Source: Candidatus Latescibacterota bacterium
GTDB lineage: Bacteria; Latescibacterota; UBA2968; GCA-2709665
Length of the DNA stretch: 64,000 nt
NCBI GenBank assembly: GCA_965219455.1
Contig: OZ244744.1
Location: 3,616,001-3,680,000 of the forward strand
Direction: 5' to 3'
Shown here: positions 9,201-16,518 of the stretch, piece after piece
Numbering within the stretch: the first letter of the stretch is position 1
Layout of the letters: each line of letters opens with the position of its first letter
Translations under genes and position numbers: made by a program
Notes under the pieces: generated by a model
Database searches by the model: none
What the model was told of the DNA's origin: nothing
Seen by the model: only the letters and a program-made list of their open reading frames with translations

Positions 9201-10997
9201 GACACCCGCAGGAACGGCGATCGGAAGGATGATGTAACCGTACTCTTTACCGGCCGCCTTTCGCATTGCGCGGCCAACCGCTTGCACGATATCGACATGA
9301 GAATTACGTGGGCTCATGAACAGCACGGCGTCGAGCGCCGGCACGTCGATGCCTTCCGAAAGGCACCTGGCGTTCGAGAGAATGCGACATGCGCCGTTGG
9401 AATCCCCCTTCAACCACTCAATCCGGACCTTGCGGTCCAGCGCGTGATGTTTCCCATCGACGTGGCGCGTCTCGCATCGGAAGGCGCCCGGTTGGTCCGT
9501 CTCGGGCAATGTCTCAATCGCGTGCCCAACGATGTCGTCCCAGTGGGTTTCAAGCCGCCTGGAGGACAAAATGGTGTTGGTGAACGCGATCGCGCGACCC
9601 AGTGGTCGGATCGGCCCGTCGCCGGTTCGCTTGTTCTCGGGATTCTGCAGTGCGCGCCAGCATCCAACGATTTTCGCCGCGTCGGTGAGGTTGATTTCGC
9701 TTCCACTCGATGCCAGGTGAGCCTGTAAGGTGGCATCGACGTGTTGCTCGGACATGGCGAGCACCACGACCTTGTAGTCCGAGAGTAAATCCTGCTCCAC
9801 GGCTCGGGAGAAGGGAAGGCGGTGGAATTCCGGACCGTACGTTGCGGGATCGTCCATCGAGAACACTTCAACGTCGTGATTCGCCGCTTTGGCCTTCGCG
9901 CCTTCTGTATAGAGGCGTGGTGTAGCCGTCATATACAGGCGCTTTTTTGCACGTATTTTCTCCGCAACGTGCACCAGAACGAACGGCGAGGTCTTATCGC
10001 CTGGCCGCTCGACACCCGTTGTTCGGTGCGCTTCGTCGCAGATAATGAGATCGAATGGAGGAGCACCGCCGTCCTGTGCCTGTTGTACAAGACCGAGCGA
10101 GTGGTAAGTGCAGAAAACGATCGTTATCGCATTCGCGGTTTCCTTCCAAAGTGCAATTGAAATTGCCTCGGGGTCGGTGGTAACGGGGATTTCCAGTTCC
10201 TGAAGCGATGCATCTTCGTCCGTGCGTCCAGCGCGAGTATCGGAGCAGATGCCGATATATCGGTGGGGCACCGCGCGCTGCTCCGCCCATTCGCGCATCG
10301 TCTGCTGGAATAACGAGATGGAAGGCACTAAATACAGTACACGACCACCAACACCTGCGATGGTCTCGGCAATGCGTAGCGCCGCAAAGGTTTTGCCCGT
10401 ACCGCACGCCATGATCAACTTGCCGCGATCATGTTCCTCGAATCCTTTCATAACGTCGCCCAGCGCCGCTTGCTGGTGCGGCCGGAGACGGAATGGCTCT
10501 CGCCGCAGGGAGAGCTTTTCAGGCGCATCACGAAGGAGGTCCGGCCAATCGATGGGCCGGTTCGCCAGGTCGCCGAAACGCAGCACGGTGCAGGGAAGAC
10601 TCAACTTCTCAACGAGTTTTCGGGCGTTGGGTCCCCATTCCGCTCCTGTATCGACGACGAGGAGTGTGGTGAAGGGCTCGCGCGCCGAAGCAGAAACGAA
10701 CGAATCGAGATGCCGTTTCGAAATGGTAGTGCTCGGTTTATAGCACTTGCACTGGATAGCGCAATATCCGCCATCCCGCTCTTCCGCGACCAGATCGATA
10801 CCCGTGTCCGTGCCATCGAAGCCGGGTCGCATAAATGCCCAATCGGACCACAGCCAGACATCGGAAAACCGGTCTCGGTACAGCGGATCCTGAAGAAAGT
10901 ACGCCTTCATCAGCCGCTCGAAGAGCCGTCCCTTCGCTGCTTCCGAGTCCGCTATCGATCGGATATGGTCCAGCGCGCGCTGAAAGCCGTCGGTCAT
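6258..10997 (-). CDS. Type ISP (LlaGI/LlaBIII-like) single-polypeptide restriction-modification enzyme
   Basis: Mrr-like nuclease (GIDLVA...AIQCK), SF2 helicase (MACGTGKT, DEAH), N6-adenine methyltransferase (DPFTGTG, GNPPW), C-terminal target-recognition region; 1579 aa. Confidence 0.95.
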   Translation of the reverse strand: MTDGFQRALDHIRSIADSEAAKGRLFERLMKAYFLQDPLYRDRFSDVWLWSDWAFMRPGFDGTDTGIDLVAEERDGGYCAIQCKCYKPSTTISKRHLDSFVSASAREPFTTLLVVDTGAEWGPNARKLVEKLSLPCTVLRFGDLANRPIDWPDLLRDAPEKLSLRREPFRLRPHQQAALGDVMKGFEEHDRGKLIMACGTGKTFAALRIAETIAGVGGRVLYLVPSISLFQQTMREWAEQRAVPHRYIGICSDTRAGRTDEDASLQELEIPVTTDPEAISIALWKETANAITIVFCTYHSLGLVQQAQDGGAPPFDLIICDEAHRTTGVERPGDKTSPFVLVHVAEKIRAKKRLYMTATPRLYTEGAKAKAANHDVEVFSMDDPATYGPEFHRLPFSRAVEQDLLSDYKVVVLAMSEQHVDATLQAHLASSGSEINLTDAAKIVGCWRALQNPENKRTGDGPIRPLGRAIAFTNTILSSRRLETHWDDIVGHAIETLPETDQPGAFRCETRHVDGKHHALDRKVRIEWLKGDSNGACRILSNARCLSEGIDVPALDAVLFMSPRNSHVDIVQAVGRAMRKAAGKEYGYIILPIAVPAGVDPSAALDDNERFAAVWSVLRALRSHDDRFDAEINKIDLNDIPTDRIIFSDGIDGEALEDAPELAFPPLDLPPGAIYAKIVEKCGDRKYWETWAKDVADIFSRIVTRIERLLAQPGNETLREWFEAFHEELKVSINESITTDSAIDMMAQHILTRPVFEALFEHYDFASGNPVAQALDSLRADFGEFGLENETRDLVRFYDSVRMRARGLDNSEARQRVLMELYERFFATALKKDADRLGIVYTPVEIVDFILNSADYVLRKQFGRSLSDEGVHVLDPFTGTGIFLVRLLQSALIRDSDLSRKYHSELHANEIVVLAYYIAAIHIEEAFHGRRGPESSYEPFDGIVLTDTFNLHTDRTGFPRVWLPDNSERVERQQNTPIQVIVGNPPWSAGQRSSADDNPNVDYPEIEQRVSDTYAVRSRATLKNSLYDTYKMAIRWASDRIGDQGVVAFVTNGSYIDGNVDSGVRACLTEEFSSVYVVNLRGNQRTQGERSRQEGGKVFGQGSRAPVAITILIRNPGAGPEGCRILYRDIGNYLSREEKLANLRDAGSIAGIQDWQEITPDRHHDWIGQRDEAFQKLYPMGTKDAKAGKVGAEAIFKLFSNGYKTGRDAYVYNFAFDGCIENARSMVRNYQDAILVCEERPNYTIDEIVRLCSSNLHWDERLKGRLYRNSPAKFSKSYVRGVAFRPFVKQHLYADTAFAQRPALTGEIFPTADDRNRAICVPGVGSTKPFSTLVVDMMPDLELISKGQCFPRFRYASTDGGLQYNRQGVEHIDNIADTALDAFRVHYKDGFISKDAIFDYVYGILHHSGYREQFENDLAKELPRIPFAPDFHAFSEAGRRLTELHLNYETCEEYPLDIVFSQPGEPRTQHLRLGERAMKFEDDEKTVLRINEHVSLRGIPAEPHRYQVNGRTPLEWLIDRYRIKRDATSGIVNDPNGWFDDPRDLVAAVRRIVHVSVETVHIVEGLPEAFQASSNEATA

Positions 10998-11000
10998 TCT

Positions 11001-11090
11001 TTACTCCCCCTGAAACACTGGCCCGGGCGATAGCCAGAGCCGGATGAGATAGACGATGCGGTCCGTACCTATGTTGGAAATAATCCTCAT
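11001..11090 (-). pseudogene. 29-codon 5' remnant resembling the N-terminus of RM-associated SNF2-type helicases
   Basis: MRIISNIGTDRIVYLIRLWLSPG... followed by a stop; resemblance recalled from memory only. Confidence 0.35.
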
Positions 11091-11170
11091 GGCGCAAATA
11101 ATGGTAAATTTCAGCCAAACTATCTTGGACGGAGTCTATTAGCCGGAGAACCAATATATGAAAATCGACG

Positions 11171-11392
11171 TTGGTGGTCAATCCAACCCTGAGCCCAATG
11201 TGTCGCATTTTTCGACAGTTACGGCACGTTGTAAGGCACAAAAAAAGACCCGACGAGACGTTCATCGGGGTCTTGTGTCTGGCAGCACGAGCAACACTCG
11301 GCAGTCAGCTAAACCGGATTGCACTACGTCCAGGCAAAGTCAATCTTCGACATGTGCGCAAGGACGAGGGCAACCACAAGGGTTGCCCCTAC
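11171..11392. repeat. 222-bp dispersed repeat, copy 1 (structured; ends in a GTAG-type REP-like palindrome)
   Basis: Matches 16519-16740; core CCCGACGAGACGTTCATCGGGGTCTTGTGTCTGGCAGCACGAGCAACACTCGGCAGTCAGCT and GAGGGCAACCACAAGGGTTGCCCCTAC are identical in both copies. Confidence 0.9.
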
Positions 11393-11421
11393 AAAGGCCA
11401 ACGACGGCGTGGGGGCGTTGT

Positions 11422-12010
11422 TCATGCGGGGCCAATCTTTCTTTTAATCTGCTCTGCGGGCGCCTCGCCTTGAGCCGTTCGGCGATAGCGTTGGTGGCGA
11501 CTGGTGGGCTTGTCCGGGAGGGTCATTTCAATCAGCCCCGCCTTGAGGGCGGGCTTTAGGTACGACGCGAGGAAGTGGTGCCGGTCTTTGAATTCCAATG
11601 CTGCCTGGATACGGGCGCGGCTCATCGCTCTGGTGAGTACAACCACGAGTTGCTCGACATGATCGGAGACCTGTCCGACATCTTGTGGGGTATCTTGTGG
11701 GGTGTCCTGACCATTCTTCTTATTTATCAATGGCTTATCTTGTCCGGTATCTTGTTCGGTCTCCGCAAGAGAAGCCCGTTCATGCACTGGCAATCGCACC
11801 AGAAACCAGGTCCGATCCTCGTCGCTTTCGAACATGGGTTCCGGTGAGCCGTTCTGCCGCATGGACCGGAAAATCTTCGGCACCCCGGTTAAGCGGGCCT
11901 CGGCGAGTTCGATCTCTTTCAGAAACTCACGAATACGCCGGTTACGGTAGCGCCTGCTCACGGCCTGCCCCTTCTTGAAGTCATCCATACGGATGGAGCG
12001 GTCCGCACCG
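11422..12010 (-). pseudogene. C-terminal fragment of an AlbA/RecG-C (HATPase_c_4)-type ATP-binding regulator with C-terminal wHTH
   Basis: RRYRNRRIREFLKEIELAE...TGVPKI...NGSPEP and C-terminal IEMTLPDKPTSRHQRYR; the upstream part of the called ORF is low-complexity repeat, so the true 5' half is missing. Confidence 0.7.
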
Positions 12011-12268
12011 AAAAAGCAAAAGGAAAAAGGAGGAAGGCAGAAGGAAGAAATATAAGCAGGATAAACACGTGGTCTGCCGGCGGTCAAGCTGTTTGCGAAT
12101 GCCTGCCTATTACTTGAGCCTCGGTCCGCCTGGGAGGACCTGAATAGAGGCGAATGATCCGCAGTGCAAACTCCTTCGTCCGCGTCCGAAGATCCGCCAC
12201 TTTTTCCTTCTTCCTTCTTCGTTTTTCCTTCCTCCTTCCTCCTTCCTCCTTCTTCCTTTCTCCTTCTA
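12011..12268 (-). pseudogene. Decayed four-helix-bundle (23S-IVP-like) mini-gene flanked by purine-rich heptamer repeats
   Basis: Minus frame gives VADLRTRTKEFALRIIRLYS before frameshifting; flanked by AGGAAGG/CCTTCCT heptamer arrays in inverted orientation. Confidence 0.6.
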
Positions 12269-12667
12269 CGGCTCCGCGGTGTCAGGCAACTGCAAGGCGG
12301 CGTCATCGAAGGTGTAAAAAGCGCTCAACTCGTCTCCGTCGGCTGCCGTCTTTCTGGCCTTGCATACGATCAGGGCGTCGGCGAAGTCCGCCTCCGTCCT
12401 GCGAAATGCCTGCAAGGCGCTCCAGACCACCTCATCGTCCTCGAAGCGCACGTTGGAATCTTGCAGCAGGTTATTGACCAAGTCGATCAGGTCGGCCCGG
12501 GTCGCGCGATACCGGCGGCCAGCTAACGTCCACGTCGTTTCCGCCAGTACCACATCCGTAATGAGAACGCGCTCACCGCATTCAATTATGCGCCGCGCCC
12601 GTTCAGCCTGCGCTTCGTCGTCTCTCAAGAGATAGCGCAGCAGGACATTGGCGTCGATTGCGATCAA
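12266..12667 (-). CDS. vapC: VapC-family PIN-domain toxin
   Basis: IAIDANVLLRYL, VLAE, ADFADALI, FYTFD acidic PIN motifs. Confidence 0.9.
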   Translation of the reverse strand: MIAIDANVLLRYLLRDDEAQAERARRIIECGERVLITDVVLAETTWTLAGRRYRATRADLIDLVNNLLQDSNVRFEDDEVVWSALQAFRRTEADFADALIVCKARKTAADGDELSAFYTFDDAALQLPDTAEP

Positions 12668-12900
12668 GGCGTTTGGTCCCGCTTTCTTTCCATGGCGTCC
12701 TGGCGCGACTCCTCGTCCGAAACCGTCGGATCTCCTTCAAGATACGCCAGGCATCCCCAGGCGCTGCCGGGCTTCTGGCGGACGATGGTAATGCGGCCAT
12801 CGGCCACGAAACTCCGGCACTCGTCGCCTGGCTCGATGCCGGCTAAACGGCACTGATCAGCCGGAAGCGTTATCTGTCGCTTGGCGCTGACTTTGGGCAC
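12664..12900 (-). CDS. AbrB/MazE/SpoVT-family antitoxin
   Basis: MPKVSAKRQITLP...GIEPGD; 4-bp overlap with the toxin gene. Confidence 0.9.
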   Translation of the reverse strand: MPKVSAKRQITLPADQCRLAGIEPGDECRSFVADGRITIVRQKPGSAWGCLAYLEGDPTVSDEESRQDAMERKRDQTP

Positions 12901-13090
12901 GATCTTCTCCCATGATGGTGATCACGTCAGAATTTCATACGAATTACTTTACTTACTGAAAAATACAAAGAAAATTATCAGAATGTAAAAAACCTGAGCA
13001 GAGAGGCAGACTTACGCCGCCAACGCCTCATTCAATTCGTCAAGGGAACAACGCGTTCTTGGCCAACGCAAATGACGTGTCAGATGAGAC

Positions 13091-13495
13091 CTAAAATCCG
13101 ACACGCTTCTCATTGTGATCTTGAAGGGTTCCTTCGAAAATGCTTCGAAGATATTCGGCTATCAGACGATTGCGAGCAATTAAGTCTTGATCTTCTTGAT
13201 TGGATTCGGAAGCTTCGAAAGAAGCGATTAGATTCTGAACCTTTTCCTTCAATCCCTGTTCATCTTTTATATCCATGTGTTGGAAGAATAGATTTAACAC
13301 CAGCTGATTCGCAAGAACGTGAGCAGAGATTTCTTGACTTATAGAGTCTTCTGTGTCTGCGGGCTTAAAGTGCAATTCATATAACAACAAAGCAGCTTTG
13401 AAACGTATCTCGCGATCTTTCATATCTTGCCGATTTATTATTCTCCATAGAGAATTGTTTAATTCATCCCATGCAAGTTGCTTATTTATGTCCAT
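13091..13495 (-). CDS. Hypothetical 134-aa passenger protein (AT-rich)
   Basis: ORF with RBS GGGAGA inside the IS1595-derived cassette; no recognisable motif. Confidence 0.6.
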   Translation of the reverse strand: MDINKQLAWDELNNSLWRIINRQDMKDREIRFKAALLLYELHFKPADTEDSISQEISAHVLANQLVLNLFFQHMDIKDEQGLKEKVQNLIASFEASESNQEDQDLIARNRLIAEYLRSIFEGTLQDHNEKRVGF

Positions 13496-13568
13496 TCTCT
13501 TTCTCCCGATATAAAGTTACTTTCGTAGAAGTGCATCGGTTGATCTGCTCTCAACGAAATTTATTAGA

Positions 13569-15272
13569 GTCTTACAGTGTGACTTCTACGCAAAATGCGT
13601 AGATAATTATTCATGCTGCTTGTTTAGTGGTAGGGTGTTGATGGTAAAGGGTCAAAGACAAGGCGAGTGTTTTGTGCCCCGCGGGTGTGACGCGCCATCG
13701 TCTGGACCGTGGGATTTTTGCAATCAGGCCGCGGACGTGTAGACGTTTGAGGAGGCGGCTGGTGGCATTGGCGTGCCGAGTGCGTTGCAGAAGGGATGCG
13801 GGTTGTTGGAAGAGGTGTGTTCGGATGTCCTGGTTGCGGAAGCCCATAAGGGCGTGTTCGCCTTTCAACACAGCGGTAAACAGGTCGAGGTCGTAAAGGT
13901 CGGCGGGGTTAAAGCCCCGATAGGTACGTCCCTTGTGCCTGCGTGGCCGCGCCAGTGTGGTGAGGCTTTGATGTCCGGTAGCGGCGTCAGGGGCTGCGGA
14001 CAGCGCCTGAAAGTAGCGTTGGTTGGCCGTCAACGAGATTTCCCGATAGCGGTAGAGGTTGGCCACGCCTTTGGCCATGGGATACCAGCCCATCACGCGT
14101 TGTCCTCGCCGTATGCCCCAGCGGCGAACCTTGAACTGCCTTGGATGGTTGATCACTGTTTCGACGCGTAGTACGCACCCGTGTTTGTCGTACATTTTAA
14201 TCCAGTTCTCACACATCCGGTGTTTGACTCTTGCGCCTTTGTGGCGTTTGTTTTTGAAGTCCGTGAGGACTTCACCCTGAAAGTTGCCGTGGAGTTTGCG
14301 GCCCAGGAAGGTCAAGATGTCCTGGGGAGAGAAGCACAGCACCGTGTGTCTGAGCAGGTTTTCATACAGCGCCTTCAGGGCGTGGGGGTTTTGGAACATC
14401 ACGTCGGTGGCGAACTCGGCCTGGTCAACGACCCAGTAGTAGTCCATGCCCAAAAGCAGGTCGTTGAGCAGGGGGTTGACCTTGCGGGCGAACGCAGAGA
14501 GAATGCGCGGCCAATTCTTGCCCACAAAACGATCGGCAAAGCGTTGCGCCCGGTCCACATCGGCAATCCAGACAAACGCGTTGTCCAATTTTTCATAGGC
14601 GATGCCGTGTTTGTCGAGCTTGCGCGCCAAGAACTCGTGGCCATTGAGACAGATCTGTACCACCAGCGGGAACCAGGACTGGATGCGGATATGCATCAGT
14701 CCAAACTCCCGGTCAATCCAGTAGAAGTAGTAGCACAGGCATTTCCGTTGTGCGTTGATCAGGCGAGGCCTTCCTTCCCCTGGCACCAGCTTGAAACTCT
14801 GGCAGCCTTCCAGGGCCCGAAACACACAGACCAGGCCTTGCGTGATCCCATCGCGTTTTGCCAACCGTCGCGCTTCGTCCTCTTTCCTGATGGTGTTGCG
14901 TTGCAGATAGATGAACGGGCGCTCGTGCTTGTTTGCCATCGCCTCCGCGTGGGCTTTGATCGTATCGGAATGCGTCATCACAAAACGCTTGAAGTCCTTC
15001 AACAACAAACCCTGATTGCTGATGAACCGCTCCATCGCAGTTCCAAATCCCAGCGGCAGGTACCCTTTGAACAGAACCCGATCAAAACAGGATACCACTC
15101 CGGTGATTTTTTCACTACATTGGTCCACGAAGTCTTTCACGGCGTTCCTCCTTCCATTGATGGCGGTGGGTACCACCATCATAGGGGATGAACGCCGTTT
15201 TGCATACCCAAAAACAATCTGCTCTTGACTACCACCTATTTGGTTGCGGCTGAGCAAAGCGAAGCCGCGCTA
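13569..15272 (-). mobile_element. 1.7-kb TIR-less element with terminal hairpins and a single large ORF
   Basis: Hairpins TCTACGCA-AAA-TGCGTAGA (13585-13603) and GCGGCT-n11-AGCCGC (15246-15268); GC shift relative to the flanks; removal rejoins a 42-codon ORF in frame. Confidence 0.7.
13611..15140 (-). CDS. Putative transposase/relaxase with Rep_trans-like motifs and C-terminal winged helix
   Basis: Likely GTG start at 15140 after RBS GGAAGGAGG (509 aa); motifs QAEFATD and WIKMYDKHGCVLRVETVIN; C-terminal LLKRLHVRGLIAKIPRSRRWRVT. Confidence 0.7.
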   Translation of the reverse strand: MKDFVDQCSEKITGVVSCFDRVLFKGYLPLGFGTAMERFISNQGLLLKDFKRFVMTHSDTIKAHAEAMANKHERPFIYLQRNTIRKEDEARRLAKRDGITQGLVCVFRALEGCQSFKLVPGEGRPRLINAQRKCLCYYFYWIDREFGLMHIRIQSWFPLVVQICLNGHEFLARKLDKHGIAYEKLDNAFVWIADVDRAQRFADRFVGKNWPRILSAFARKVNPLLNDLLLGMDYYWVVDQAEFATDVMFQNPHALKALYENLLRHTVLCFSPQDILTFLGRKLHGNFQGEVLTDFKNKRHKGARVKHRMCENWIKMYDKHGCVLRVETVINHPRQFKVRRWGIRRGQRVMGWYPMAKGVANLYRYREISLTANQRYFQALSAAPDAATGHQSLTTLARPRRHKGRTYRGFNPADLYDLDLFTAVLKGEHALMGFRNQDIRTHLFQQPASLLQRTRHANATSRLLKRLHVRGLIAKIPRSRRWRVTPAGHKTLALSLTLYHQHPTTKQAA

Positions 15273-15348
15273 GGGAGTAGGTAAATGATCAAGAAGAAAG
15301 TTGCAAATTCCGGCAGAAAAACGGCTAAAAAGGTCGTTAACAACCTCA

Positions 15349-15494
15349 TTAATAGACCCTCTTGCGTCCAACGTCGTTGCAACCACAGAGAGGGCAGAAC
15401 GGTCCTCCGCCGAAGCGGAGTTCTTCCAAATATTCAAGACACGACTTTTGATCCGGAAAACGTTCGAAAATCTGATACTCTGATACAAAGACAT
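15349..15494 (-). pseudogene. IS1595-family transposase N-terminal zinc-ribbon remnant
   Basis: Removing the 8-bp tandem duplication TCTGATAC x2 (15471-15486) gives MSLYQIFERFPDQKSCLEYLEELRFGGGPFCPLCGCNDVGRK, then truncation. Confidence 0.8.
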
Positions 15495-15694
15495 GGCAGA
15501 TTTCGGGCTTTCTGGAAGTGATTCCTGGCAGAATCCTTTGTGGTTTGTGCCTGGCAGGGCACGTGTGGGATTGCGGGTTTGACTGTTGTTATCCCCTTAA
15601 AGCCCGATCTCTGCCAAACTTCCGGGAACTTTTTTCGAAAATTTCCCCTTTTTAGCCAAATTTCCTGCCGATTTAACGCAATTGAAACAAAATA

Positions 15695-15722
15695 AAGCCC
15701 TGGTATCCGAACCCAGGGCTTT
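15695..15722. terminator. Rho-independent terminator-like hairpin
   Basis: AAAGCCCTGG-TATCCGAAC-CCAGGGCTTT with an A/T-rich tail, downstream of the small ORF. Confidence 0.55.
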
Positions 15723-15731
15723 GAATCTTGT

Positions 15732-15848
15732 CTATCTAACGAATGCGTCCAAGATAGATTCCACTATCTTTTCGCACTCGCGACTTGCCACAAGGATGAT
15801 GATCACGAGTCTGTCGCGATCCCATCCCTTGGATTTTCGCCTTTCCAT
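15732..15848 (-). CDS. 38-aa small peptide (below the ORF-track cutoff)
   Basis: Strong RBS AGGAGG, MERRKSKGWDRDRLVIIILVASRECEKIVESILDAFVR*, followed by a terminator-like hairpin. Confidence 0.5.
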   Translation of the reverse strand: MERRKSKGWDRDRLVIIILVASRECEKIVESILDAFVR

Positions 15849-16011
15849 GGCGATCCTCCTTGTCAAACTGGGTTCGGTGCCAGGGTGGCACCCAGGACTC
15901 GATCGACAGACTCAGATCATCAACATCATCTGCTTTAACTATATATCAAAATGATTGAAAGTCAAGTATGGGTGGCATACTTTTCGCGTTGGCCAAGAAC
16001 AGGTTGTTCCC

Positions 16012-16140
16012 TTCGTCAATTACGTCTTCCATCCGGTCGCCGAATAACTTGTACATCTGCCCCATTCCGCCCCTGCTATCGAACGGTGCTATGTCCAGAT
16101 CCTCGCAATCCAGATCGAACGAGGTGATGGTGCGGCACTG
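16012..16140 (-). pseudogene. hsdR: Type I restriction subunit (HsdR, EcoEI-like) C-terminal remnant; last codons displaced to 13012-13043
   Basis: EDLDIAPFDSRGGMGQMYKLFGDRMEDVIDE resumes as LNEALAA* on the far side of the IS1595 cassette. Confidence 0.75.
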
Positions 16141-16147
16141 TCGCGAC

Positions 16148-16256
16148 AAGGAAAAAGGAGGAAGGTAGAAGGCAAAAGGCAGAAGGAGGAAATTTGAAAA
16201 AAATCAACGCGTGGTCAGTCGCCGGCATTATCCTTTTTCTTTCTACCTTCTGCCTT
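16148..16256. repeat. Heptamer-repeat MITE-like unit related to 12011-12268
   Basis: AAGGAAAAAGGAGGAAGGTAGAAGGCAAAAGGCAGAAGG ... TTCTACCTTCTGCCTTC. Confidence 0.55.
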
Positions 16257-16434
16257 CACGCGGCCAAAGCCTCATTCAACTCATCGATAACATCTTCCAT
16301 CCGGTCACCAAATAGCTTGTACATCTGCCCCAACCCGCCCGTGCTATCGACGAGCTTGTTTCTTGACTGTACCTTCCAGCCGCGTTGATTTTGTCGCGCG
16401 CCTTTTGTTCCGGAGTGCGGTAAATGTCAGTCAC
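16256..16434 (-). pseudogene. hsdR: hsdR with almost the entire body deleted (N- and C-termini joined)
   Basis: TPEQKARDKI and, after a frameshift, GWKVQSRNKL fused to DSTGGLGQMYKLFGDRMEDVIDELNEALAA*. Confidence 0.75.
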
Positions 16435-16518
16435 TGCGAACGTCCCATTTCGTAAACTCGCGCCATTCAACCGATCTATATAGGTTATCATAGAGCACGC
16501 AATATACAAGAATCGCAA

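Larger units (their letters stand above)
13044..16011. mobile_element. Non-autonomous IS1595-family-derived cassette inserted in an hsdR 3' end
   Basis: TIRs GGGAACAACGCGTTCTTGGCCAACGC (13044-13069) and its near reverse complement (15986-16011, 24/26 identical); 8-bp TSD TTCGTCAA at 13036-13043 and 16012-16019; internal IS1595 zinc-ribbon transposase remnant. Confidence 0.9.

Noticed and set aside
12011-12268. Four-helix bundle as the Avd of a diversity-generating retroelement
   Set aside because: No reverse transcriptase and no template/variable repeat pair with adenine-specific differences in the window
12011-12306. Lys/Glu/Gly-rich N-terminus of the 294-aa ORF
   Set aside because: It is a translation of heptamer repeats and overlaps vapC; not a real protein start
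13524-13590. 9-bp inverted match (CGTAGAAGT/ACTTCTACG) between flank and element end, suggesting guided targeting
   Set aside because: It does not extend, and a single short match is compatible with chance
14181-15191. 336-aa plus-strand ORF
   Set aside because: Antisense shadow of the element's main ORF, with no motifs
15270-15494. 74-aa ORF as a real gene
   Set aside because: It arises from the frameshifted IS1595 remnant and ends at the inserted element's boundary
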